Assembly: GCA_038245515.1 (NCBI GenBank)
Contig: JBBRSJ010000007.1
Coordinates: forward strand, 18,461-82,460
DNA length: 64,000 bases
Source: Candidatus Limnocylindrales bacterium
Lineage (GTDB): Bacteria > Chloroflexota > Limnocylindria > Limnocylindrales > CSP1-4
Direction of reading: 5' to 3'
The notes beneath the pieces were generated by a model. It had not been told where the DNA came from. It did no database searches and saw only the letters and a list, made by a program, of their open reading frames with translations. Position 1 is the stretch's first letter, and every line of letters starts with the position of its first letter. Of this stretch, positions 48,358 to 56,844 are shown piece by piece. The translations under genes were made by a program, and so were the position numbers.

Positions 48358-49545
48358 TCAGCGGCTCCGCTGCCAGGACTTGCCCTCGGTCGCAATCGAC
48401 GGCGCGTAGACCATCTCGACCCGCTGCATGTCCGCGATCGTCCGGGCGCCGAGCGCCGCCATCGACTGGCGCAGCGCGCCGACGAGGTTTTGCGACCCGT
48501 CGGTCACATGGGCCGGACCGAGCAGGATCTTCTCGAGCGACCCGACCGTTCCGACCTTGATCCGGGTCCCGCGCGGGAGGGTCGGCGACGGCGCCGCCAT
48601 GCCCCAGTTCATTCCATGCCCCGGCGCCTCCTCCGCGCGGGCGAGCGGCGAGCCGATCATCAGGACATCGGCGCCGGCCGCCAGCGCCTTGGCCAGCTCG
48701 CCGCCGCGACGCATCCCGCCATCGGCGACGACCGGGACGTACCGGCCGGTCTCCGCGAGGAACGCGTCCCGAGCAGCGGCCACATCGCTGATCGCGGTGA
48801 CCTGGGGGACGCCGATGCCGAGGACCTCGCGGGTCGTGCAGGCGGCGCCCGGACCGACCCCGACAAAGACCGCCGCGGCACCCTGCTCCATCAGCGCGAA
48901 GGCGGCCTCGCTGTTCGTGGTGTTGCCGACGGCGACCGGGATCGGCATGAACCGGGTGAACTCCTCGAGCGAGAGCGGATCGTAGCCCGACGCGAGGTGG
49001 CGGGCGCTGCTGACCTGGCTCTGGACGAGGAACAGGTCCGCGCCATGCTCGGCGCAGAACGGGCCGAAGCGGCGAGCGGCGGCCGGTGTCGCCGACACCG
49101 CGGCCTTCGAGCCGGCGGCATGGATCTCGTCGAGGCGGCGGGCGATCAGCTCCTCGCGGATCGGCGTTGCGTAGACCTCGGCGAGCAGGTCCTGGACCTC
49201 GCCATCGGCCGCGGCCGCGATCCGGGCCAGGATCTGGTCGGGATCGTCGTAGCGGGTCTGGACGCCCTCGAGGTTGAGGATCGCGAGCCCGCCCAGCGCG
49301 GCGATGGCGCCCGCGAACCGGGGATCGACGACGGCGTCCATCGCGGACGCGATGATCGGGATCCCGAGTGCGATGCCGCAGAACTCCTGGCCGAGCTCGA
49401 CGTCAGCCGGCTCGATCGTGTCCGTGCCCGGTGCCAGCGAGACGTCCTCGAAGCCATACGTCGGACGCAGGTCGTCGACCTTCGAGCGGAAGACGCGGCG
49501 ATTGGCCGAGCTGCTTGCGAGTGCGCTGGCGGACTGGTCGAGCAC
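48358..49545 (-). CDS. GuaB3-family IMP dehydrogenase-related protein
   Basis: YGFEDVSLAP, IIASAMD, LNLEGVQTRY, GVGPGAACTTR, WGMAAPSPTLPRGTRI; AGGAGG RBS. Confidence 0.92.
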   Translation of the reverse strand: MLDQSASALASSSANRRVFRSKVDDLRPTYGFEDVSLAPGTDTIEPADVELGQEFCGIALGIPIIASAMDAVVDPRFAGAIAALGGLAILNLEGVQTRYDDPDQILARIAAAADGEVQDLLAEVYATPIREELIARRLDEIHAAGSKAAVSATPAAARRFGPFCAEHGADLFLVQSQVSSARHLASGYDPLSLEEFTRFMPIPVAVGNTTNSEAAFALMEQGAAAVFVGVGPGAACTTREVLGIGVPQVTAISDVAAARDAFLAETGRYVPVVADGGMRRGGELAKALAAGADVLMIGSPLARAEEAPGHGMNWGMAAPSPTLPRGTRIKVGTVGSLEKILLGPAHVTDGSQNLVGALRQSMAALGARTIADMQRVEMVYAPSIATEGKSWQRSR

Positions 49546-49660
49546 GGGCGGCCTCCTGGGCGGCGATGGCCGTGATTCTATCCGACGGCGTGCCTCTCCT
49601 CCGGTGGCGCGACGGTTGTGACGGATGGCGCGCCGTCCGGCGCCCGGCCCGACACCCGCG

Positions 49661-50908
49661 TCAGCGGTGGCCGCTGGCCATCTTCGTCGCGTCGGGCCGG
49701 CTCCGGAGCCGGATCATTGCCAGGATCCCGACGACCGGTCCCGCTGCGAGCACGATCCACGCGAGCCGCCAGCCGTCGCCGCCGGCCGGATCGATCAGAC
49801 CGACGCCGAGGATGGTGAAGCTCGTCAGTGTGAACCCGATCGCGGTCTGGACCGACAAGGCCGAGCCGGCCGTACCGGGCGGAGCCAGCTCTGACACGGC
49901 CGACGAGAACTGCGCCGAATCGGCCACGACCGACGCGCCCCAGACGAGGGCGACGATCGTGATGATGGGGACCGGGGCGCCGAACAGCACCCCTGCGGTG
50001 ACCGCGGTCGTTGCGGACACCGCCATTGCCGCGATGGTCGTCGTCGTCCTCCCGATCCGGTCGGCCACCGCGCCCGCGACCGCCGAGGCCACCCCACCCA
50101 CGGCGACGACCCCGAAGGCGACAAGGGACGCGATCGCCGCGTTCGTCTGGCCGGCGACCGTGAAGCTCGCGATCAAGAAGATCGGGATCCACGTCCACAT
50201 TGCGAACAACTCCCACATGTGGCCGAAGTACCCGATCGCCGCCAGGCGGACGGACGGCACCCGAAACGCCGCCGCGGCGATCGCGGGCGAGAATCGCGGC
50301 GCCGCCACCTCCAGCGGCCCCGGACGGCCGAGGCTGCCGACGATCAGGGCGCCCATGATCGCCGCCACGCTGGCGCTCACGACGACCGGCCGCCAGTCGA
50401 CGCCGGCGTACGCCCCGATGGCGCGGAACAGGAGCGGCAGGGCCACCCCGACCGTGAGCGCCCCGTTGACCACCCCGATCGCGAGGCCACGCCCCCGCCG
50501 GAACCAGCCGGCAGCGAGCTTCATCGCCACGGGATAAACCGCGGCGAGCGCCATCCCCGTGACGAACCGGAACGGCAGCGCAGACGCGGGGTCGGAGGCG
50601 ACGAGCGCGAACCCGAGGTTGGCGATAGCCGCGACGATGGCCCCGCCGGCGAACAGGCGCGGACCAGGGATCACGTCAGGCGCGCCGATCGCCGCCAGCC
50701 CGAGCGCTCCGACCGCGAACCCGAGCTGCGTCACGACGGTCAGCCACGGCAGGTCGAGCGGGCCGACCACCCACTGCGTCCGGAGGATCGGGGCGACGGC
50801 CGACGCGCTGAAGGACGGCGCCATCGCGAGGAGCGTGCCGATCCCGAGGATCGCGAGCTGCGGCCAGCGGCCCGCGGGCTCCGCGGTGGTGGCCGAAGGC
50901 GGGTGCAT
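49661..50908 (-). CDS. MFS transporter
   Basis: ~12 TM helices, YFGHMWELFAMW, VADRIGR, VADSAQFS. Confidence 0.9.
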   Translation of the reverse strand: MHPPSATTAEPAGRWPQLAILGIGTLLAMAPSFSASAVAPILRTQWVVGPLDLPWLTVVTQLGFAVGALGLAAIGAPDVIPGPRLFAGGAIVAAIANLGFALVASDPASALPFRFVTGMALAAVYPVAMKLAAGWFRRGRGLAIGVVNGALTVGVALPLLFRAIGAYAGVDWRPVVVSASVAAIMGALIVGSLGRPGPLEVAAPRFSPAIAAAAFRVPSVRLAAIGYFGHMWELFAMWTWIPIFLIASFTVAGQTNAAIASLVAFGVVAVGGVASAVAGAVADRIGRTTTTIAAMAVSATTAVTAGVLFGAPVPIITIVALVWGASVVADSAQFSSAVSELAPPGTAGSALSVQTAIGFTLTSFTILGVGLIDPAGGDGWRLAWIVLAAGPVVGILAMIRLRSRPDATKMASGHR

Positions 50909-50952
50909 GGCGGCGGTCGTCGAGAGGACGGCGCTCGAGGGACCCGGGTTCG

Positions 50953-51282
50953 TCAGATCCGCTCGAATCGCTCGACGGGGAGGACGAAGACCGTTGCCCC
51001 GCCTACCTCGACCTCGAGCGGGTAGGGCATGAAGAACTCGCCCGGCTCCATGATCGGCGGCATCGGGTTCACGACCTGCGTCCGCGAATGGCACGTCTCG
51101 CGGACGATCTCCATCACCTCATCGACGGAGTCGTCCTCGACGCCGAGAATGACGGTCGCGTTGGACTGCTTGAGGAACCCGCCGGAGCTCGACAGGCGGG
51201 TCGCCCGGAACTCGCGATCGAGCAACGCGTCGACGAGGGCCCCGGCGTCCTCGTGGTGGACGATCGCGACGACGAGCTTCAC
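50953..51282 (-). CDS. darA: Cyclic-di-AMP receptor, PII-like (DarA/PstA/YaaQ)
   Basis: VKLVVAIVHHED, ATRLSSSGGFLK, VGGATVFVLPVERFE; 109 aa; TATACT 6 nt upstream of GTG. Confidence 0.92.
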   Translation of the reverse strand: MKLVVAIVHHEDAGALVDALLDREFRATRLSSSGGFLKQSNATVILGVEDDSVDEVMEIVRETCHSRTQVVNPMPPIMEPGEFFMPYPLEVEVGGATVFVLPVERFERI

Positions 51283-51480
51283 GCGGCGAGTATAGGCAGC
51301 CGGGCGGGCGTCGGGCGACGAATCTCGGTGGTGGTGCCGAAGCCGAATCGCTGTACTTTGCGCCGATCCTGCCTGGGCACGGTCGGATGGGGCCTCGGTG
51401 CGGTGTACGATCCGATGGCCGCGCCGATGCGACGGTCCGCCGCCGGTCGACCGGCTCGAGCCGCCTCCCAGGAGACCCCC

Positions 51481-52461
51481 GTGCCAGACCAGACCGACCG
51501 ACCTGCTCCGCTCGACGCCCTCGCCGCGGGCGTCGCGGCGGCCGTCCACGGCACGGATCTCGACGATGGGATCGGCATGCTCGTCGGGGCAGCGATCGCG
51601 GCGCTCGGCGCAACGAGCGCGATGGTCAGCCTCCAGGACCCCGATCGACCGGACCCCGAGCTGACCTTGACGATCGGGCTCGACGAGGCGGCCCAGGCCG
51701 CGGCGGTCACTGCCGTCGTCGACCCGCGCCATCCGCTGACGACCGCCGGTCGCGATCGGACCGAGACGCGGAACGGAACGACGATCGCAGTGCCGTTGAT
51801 CGTGACCCGCGGCGGAGTCGAGGAAGCGCTCGGGGCGCTCGCCGTGACGTTCGCCACCGACGCCGACGCAGACGCCGCCGACCTCGTGTACCTTCGACTG
51901 ACGGCCGACCTCGCGTCGCTGGCGGTGGATCGGGCGCGCCTGGCGTCGACGGTCGCCGAGCGGTCGGAGTGGTTCGAGCGCCTGGCCCACACGGATCCGC
52001 TGACGGGTCTCGCCAACCTCCGGACGGTCTCCCGGGTCCTCGAGCTCGAGCTCGCCCGCGCCGGCCGCCAGGGCAGCGAGGTGTCGGTCGCGATCTTCGA
52101 TATCGACGACTTCGGCGCGGTGAACGAGGCCGACGGTCGCGATGCCGGCGACGACGTGCTCCGTTCGGTCGCGGCGATCCTCGCGGGGTCCGTCCGTCTC
52201 GTCGACACGGTCGCGCGGTTCGGAGCGGACGAGTTCCTCCTCGTGGCGCCGGGCTCAGCCGGGGCCACCGTCGCCCAGCGGGTCCTCGACGGGGTCGCCG
52301 AGCTTCCCGGGACCGACGGACGGGCGATCTCCGTCACCGCGGGCGTGGCGCGCTTCCCGACCGACGGAACCGATGCCGAGAGCGTGATCGCCGCGGCGAA
52401 GGCGGCCCTCGAGCGGGCACGTTCCGAGGGCCGCGGCACGGTCGAGACGACCGAAGCCTGA
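51481..52461 (+). CDS. GAF-like + GGDEF domain protein (putative diguanylate cyclase, GADEF variant)
   Basis: TDPLTGLAN, DIDDF, AGDDVL, RLVD I-site, RFGADEF; AGGAGA RBS before GTG. Confidence 0.88.
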   Translation: MPDQTDRPAPLDALAAGVAAAVHGTDLDDGIGMLVGAAIAALGATSAMVSLQDPDRPDPELTLTIGLDEAAQAAAVTAVVDPRHPLTTAGRDRTETRNGTTIAVPLIVTRGGVEEALGALAVTFATDADADAADLVYLRLTADLASLAVDRARLASTVAERSEWFERLAHTDPLTGLANLRTVSRVLELELARAGRQGSEVSVAIFDIDDFGAVNEADGRDAGDDVLRSVAAILAGSVRLVDTVARFGADEFLLVAPGSAGATVAQRVLDGVAELPGTDGRAISVTAGVARFPTDGTDAESVIAAAKAALERARSEGRGTVETTEA

Positions 52462-52595
52462 CGGCGGACGAACACCGGCACGACGCGGTGGCGAGGCGGC
52501 CGAGTCCAGGGCGACCCAGTTTGGCGTGGTGCCAGCGCGGACCCGGGCCCGGATCGTCAGAACTGCGCGAATGCCACGCTCACTCCGTCTCGAAA

Positions 52596-52613
52596 TGAGT
52601 CCCGAGGGACTCA
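52596..52613. terminator. Hairpin between convergent GGDEF and anti-sigma genes
   Basis: TGAGTCC-cgag-GGACTCA. Confidence 0.35.
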
Positions 52614-52627
52614 GGCCGCCGGCTTGA

Positions 52628-53485
52628 TCAGCTCGTCGCGCCAGCCGGTCCGAGCGGGGCGCCGGCGCTCACGACCGGGCCCAGCGGGGCGGTGTTGCCC
52701 GGATTCGGCTCGAGCGTCAGTGCGATGACGGCGCCCGCCGGTGCGTCGGCCGCGCGCGTCGTGAACGCCGCGGTGCCGTTCGCGTCCGCGGTGAACCCGC
52801 CGACCGCGACGGGCTTCTGGCCGACGATCACCCACGCCTCGTAGACCTGGCTGCCGGTGGTCGGCGCGAGGCCGCGCATCGCGAGGACGACCCTCCCGTC
52901 CGGCCCGACAGCGCCGATGCCGGTTGCGCTCGCGCCCGCGGCCGGAGCCAGGACCACGGTGCGCGCGCCGGGCTGAGCGGCCGACTGCAGGACCGTCGCG
53001 ACGGCCGTATCGAATGTGCGGGCGGTGTCGAGCTGGCGCTGCAGCCCGATGCCCCAGGCGCCGACGGCGACGATCGCGATGACCGCCGCGATCCGCATCG
53101 CCCAGTCCAGGCGGGTCGCCCGCTGGCTCAGGCGGCGCGTCTCGCGCTCGTCTGCGCTCGGAAACGGGAGTGGCGCAGATGCCGTCGCAGGCGCAGCTGA
53201 GGCCGGAGCCGCCTCCGCTGCCCTTCGCGGATGCGCGCCGAGGTCGGCGGCCGCGGCCGCCATGATCCGCGGCCCGAGCGACACCGGCGGCTCGACCAGC
53301 TCGAGGTCGCCGAGCTCGAGCAACGACGGAACGACCTCGCCGAGAGCCGCGAACTCGGGATGCCGCTCGGGGCACGTGGCGAGGTGCGCGCGGACGGCGA
53401 CCTCCTCGTTCCGGTCGAGCGCGTCGAGAACGTAGCCCGGCGCCAGGTCGCGTGCCCGCTCGCAAGTCATCGGCGCGTCGGTCAC
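52628..53485 (-). CDS. Anti-sigma factor, RskA-like (zf-HC2-type N-terminus, TM, RskA C-domain)
   Basis: YVLDAL...HLATC, single TM, QVYEAW, ALTLEP. Confidence 0.9.
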   Translation of the reverse strand: MTDAPMTCERARDLAPGYVLDALDRNEEVAVRAHLATCPERHPEFAALGEVVPSLLELGDLELVEPPVSLGPRIMAAAAADLGAHPRRAAEAAPASAAPATASAPLPFPSADERETRRLSQRATRLDWAMRIAAVIAIVAVGAWGIGLQRQLDTARTFDTAVATVLQSAAQPGARTVVLAPAAGASATGIGAVGPDGRVVLAMRGLAPTTGSQVYEAWVIVGQKPVAVGGFTADANGTAAFTTRAADAPAGAVIALTLEPNPGNTAPLGPVVSAGAPLGPAGATS

Positions 53486-54114
53486 GTGCCACCGTCCCCG
53501 GCGAGGCGCTCGGCCAGGCCGTCGTCGTCGCCGCCCAGGGCACGGCGGAGTGCGAGCAGGCCGAGCCGGACCCGGCTCTTGACGGTGCCGAGCGGCGTCC
53601 CTGTCCGCTCGGCGATCTCCTGCTGGGTCAGGCCGCCCCAGTAAGCGAGCTCGATCGCCTCGCGCTGGACGTCCGACAGGGTCGCCATCGCGACCGCGAT
53701 CTCCTCGCGGTCCAGCCCGGCGGCCACGTCGTGCCAGATGTCGGGCAGCTGCAGAGCAGGCGGCGGGACGGATTCGACCTCGGGCAGCTCGATCGTCGGC
53801 TTGCGCCGTCGGACGGCATCGACCGCGCGGTGATGGACGATCGACAGGAGCCAGGTCTTGACGCTGCCGCGGCCGTCGACGTACCGGCCAGCGTTGCGCC
53901 AGACGCCGAGAAAGGCGTCCTGAACCACATCCTCGGCAAGCGAGGAATCGGAGGTGATCCGGAGTGCGATCGAGTAAGCCATGGTCTTGTACCGGTCGTA
54001 GAGATCCTGGAGGGCATCGAGCTGCCCGGCCGTGACGAGCGCGAGGACGGCCTGATCAGCGTCGTCTGCGGACGATGCCGTGCGTCCCCGCTGGGCGGGC
54101 TGACCTTCACTCAT
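53482..54114 (-). CDS. ECF RNA polymerase sigma factor (SigK-like)
   Basis: AEDVVQDAF, RGSVKTWL, QREAIELAYWGGLTQQEIA, PLGTVKSR. Confidence 0.93.
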   Translation of the reverse strand: MSEGQPAQRGRTASSADDADQAVLALVTAGQLDALQDLYDRYKTMAYSIALRITSDSSLAEDVVQDAFLGVWRNAGRYVDGRGSVKTWLLSIVHHRAVDAVRRRKPTIELPEVESVPPPALQLPDIWHDVAAGLDREEIAVAMATLSDVQREAIELAYWGGLTQQEIAERTGTPLGTVKSRVRLGLLALRRALGGDDDGLAERLAGDGGT

Positions 54115-54809
54115 CGGGTACTGCGCACGACCGGCCGGTTTGGTTCACCGGCCGGCCTGGGTCGGTCCGCGAAGAGATGATCGACCGCGCGGAGCACCCG
54201 CTCGCCGACCGCGTCCTCGGTCGCGGTCGCGTCGATCAGCTTGAACCGGCCAGGCTCTGCAACCGCCATCGCAAGGAATCCGTTGCGGACCCGGCGATGG
54301 AAGGCAAGGTCGAAGCCGTTCTCGAACCGGGTCTGGTCCTCGGGTGCCTTGCGCCCGAGTCCGGTCTCCACCGGCAGGTCGAGGAGGATCGTCAGGTCCG
54401 GCTGGAGGCCGTTGGTCGCGATCTCCTCGAGCCGCGTGAGGGACTCGAGCGCGGTGCCGCTGCCGTAGCCCTGGTAGGCGCGGGTCGAGTCGGCGAACCG
54501 GGTGCAGATGACCGTCGCGCCCGCAGCGAGGCTCGGCTCGATGACCTCCTCCACGAGCTGGCGGCGGGCCGCGTTGAAGAGCAGGGCGTCGGCGATCGGA
54601 TCGATCGGGCTCGTCGTCGGTGCGAGCAGGATCTCGCGGATCCGCTCCCCGAGGCCGGTCCCACCGGGCTCGCGCGTGCCACGGACCGCCGTGCCGCGCG
54701 CTCGCAGCGTGGCTTCGAGGCGCGCCGCCTGGGTCGTCTTGCCGGCACCCTCGGGCCCCTCGATCGTGATGAACCGACCGCGCACGGCTGCCGGGACAGG
54801 GTGTGTCAC
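54111..54809 (-). CDS. tmk: Thymidylate kinase
   Basis: FITIEGPEGAGKTTQ, TREPGGT, RFADSTRAYQG, PDLTILLD; TACACT 6 nt upstream of GTG. Confidence 0.95.
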   Translation of the reverse strand: MTHPVPAAVRGRFITIEGPEGAGKTTQAARLEATLRARGTAVRGTREPGGTGLGERIREILLAPTTSPIDPIADALLFNAARRQLVEEVIEPSLAAGATVICTRFADSTRAYQGYGSGTALESLTRLEEIATNGLQPDLTILLDLPVETGLGRKAPEDQTRFENGFDLAFHRRVRNGFLAMAVAEPGRFKLIDATATEDAVGERVLRAVDHLFADRPRPAGEPNRPVVRSTR

Positions 54810-54907
54810 AGGCCGAGTGTACGGTGCGATCAAGGCGATCGCGCCGCATCGCCAACCCGGGATCTCACGGTCATCCGCGGGCGGCCCTCGGGCGTACTCT
54901 CGGCGAC

Positions 54908-56551
54908 ATGGGACGTCGCTCCTTCCTTCGCTTGCTTGCTGCCGCCATCGCCGTCGGGGCGTCGGCGTTGTTGCCCGCCACGGCGGCCGCCCATCCGCTC
55001 GGAAACTTCACGATCAACCACTACGTCGGGCTGACGCTCGCGACCGACCACGTCGTCCTCGATGTCGTGATCGATATGGCCGAGATCCCGGCCTTCCAGG
55101 AACGCCAGACGATGGACACCGACGGCGACGGGGTGGTCAGCGACGAGGAGGTCGCGACACGGGCCGCCGGCGCATGCCGGGCGGTTGTGGGCGACATACA
55201 CCTCGAGCGCGACGGGGTCCGTGTGCCGATCGTCGCCGGGTCGTCGAGCGGAGAGTTCCTCCCCGGCGCCGGTGGCCTCTCGACGCTCAGGCTGACGTGT
55301 GGCCTATCGGCCGTCCTGGCCCCGGTCGTGACGAGCCCGGCGACCCTGACCTACCAGGACGACTCCTATCCGGGGAGGCTCGGCTGGCGCGAGATCGTTG
55401 CAACGGGAAACGGAACGATCATCGATGCGCACGGCCTGCCCACGATCAGCCCGAGCCAGCGCCTGACCGCGTACCCGAAGGACATGATCGCGCTCCCGCT
55501 CGACGTCAAATCCGCCACGATCGACGTCCGCCCGGATCCGGCCGCGGCGGGCGTCAATGCGATCGCGGCGCCGCCCGCCGCGGGCACCGCGGGCAGCGCG
55601 GGCGGGAACGTCGGTGCCGTGCCGGGCGGCGTCGCCGGCGAGCTGCCCGACATCTTCCTGACGCGCGATCTGACGCCGTTGGTGGTCCTCGCTGCCCTCG
55701 CGACGGCGGCCTTCATCGGCGCCCTCCACGCCGTGACACCCGGCCACGGCAAGACCCTGATGGCGGCGTATCTCGTCGGGACCCGCGGAACCTCGATCCA
55801 TGCGGTCGGGCTCGGCCTGTCGGTGGCCGTCTCGCACACCCTCGGGATCCTGGCCCTCGCCCTGGTCATCGTGGGTGCCGGGAGCGTCCTGCCGCCGGAC
55901 GTCGTCTATCGGGTGACGCCGGTCATCGCAGGCATCTCGATCGTCGTGATCGGAGGCTGGATGCTCGTCGGCGAGGTGCGCCGGCGGCGGCGATCGGCCG
56001 CGCGGGCTGCCGCGGCTGCGGCCGCGGCCGTGCCCGACCGGCACGCACACGCAGCAGGCATCGAGTGTGAGCAGGATCACCCACATGAGCACGAGCACGA
56101 CGCCGCCGCGCACGACCACCCGCATGAGCATGAGCACGAGCGCGGGCGTGTTGACGAGGAGATCCCGGGCGAGCACAGCCACGGCGGCGTGCACCACAGC
56201 CACCTTCCGCAGGCCGGCTCGACCCTGACCTGGCGCGGGCTCTTCTTCCTCGGCCTCGCGGGCGGCCTGATCCCGTCGACATCGGCCCTGATCATCCTGC
56301 TCGGGTCGATCGCCGCTGGTCGGCCTGCCTTCGGGCTCGTGCTCGTGGTCGCGTTCGGGATCGGCATGGCAGCGGTGATGACTGGCGTCGGCCTGGCGAT
56401 GATCTTCGCGCGGACGCGCCTCGACCGCATGCCGAGCCGGTCCAGCCTCGGCCGGCTCGCGACCGCGGCTCCGCTGGTGGCCTCCGTCGCCGTTCTTGGC
56501 CTCGGCCTCATCCTGACCTGGCAGGCTGTCGCCGGAGCCCCCGTCCTTTGA
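54908..56551 (+). CDS. Nickel/cobalt transporter (NicO/RcnA-like) fused to an extracytoplasmic HPLGNF domain
   Basis: Signal peptide then HPLGNFTINHY; ALHAVTPGHGK, SHT, His-rich loop; TACTCT 7 nt upstream of ATG. Confidence 0.9.
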   Translation: MGRRSFLRLLAAAIAVGASALLPATAAAHPLGNFTINHYVGLTLATDHVVLDVVIDMAEIPAFQERQTMDTDGDGVVSDEEVATRAAGACRAVVGDIHLERDGVRVPIVAGSSSGEFLPGAGGLSTLRLTCGLSAVLAPVVTSPATLTYQDDSYPGRLGWREIVATGNGTIIDAHGLPTISPSQRLTAYPKDMIALPLDVKSATIDVRPDPAAAGVNAIAAPPAAGTAGSAGGNVGAVPGGVAGELPDIFLTRDLTPLVVLAALATAAFIGALHAVTPGHGKTLMAAYLVGTRGTSIHAVGLGLSVAVSHTLGILALALVIVGAGSVLPPDVVYRVTPVIAGISIVVIGGWMLVGEVRRRRRSAARAAAAAAAAVPDRHAHAAGIECEQDHPHEHEHDAAAHDHPHEHEHERGRVDEEIPGEHSHGGVHHSHLPQAGSTLTWRGLFFLGLAGGLIPSTSALIILLGSIAAGRPAFGLVLVVAFGIGMAAVMTGVGLAMIFARTRLDRMPSRSSLGRLATAAPLVASVAVLGLGLILTWQAVAGAPVL

Positions 56552-56844
56552 CCGAACTGCCTCCACTCAGTTGAGGCGTATTCCGAGTCAGTCGAGGCCA
56601 ACCAGCGCGAGTTCACCCGCTCGATTCGTTTCGGCCGCGGCCGGGTGAGATTCGATCTTCAGAAGCCGGCCGCGGGCACCCACTCGCCGCGCGCAAGAGT
56701 GGCGCGGCCGAGCTCCAGCGGGCCGCGGGCGGGTCGGACCCGGGAGGATCATGCCGGGCAGGCCTCCCGTGCGCGCGTGGCGGCGGAATAGGGCATTCAC
56801 CCGAGAGCGGGCGACACCCCTGCCTCTGCTACCGTTCCGCCCCG

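Noticed and set aside
56040-56205. CACGAG/CATGAG repeats
   Set aside because: Encode the His-rich loop of the Ni/Co transporter
56552-56844. 290-bp spacer with a short direct repeat (TCAGTYGAGGC) upstream of tldD
   Set aside because: No recognisable riboswitch, precursor peptide or convincing ORF; repeat too short to support a call
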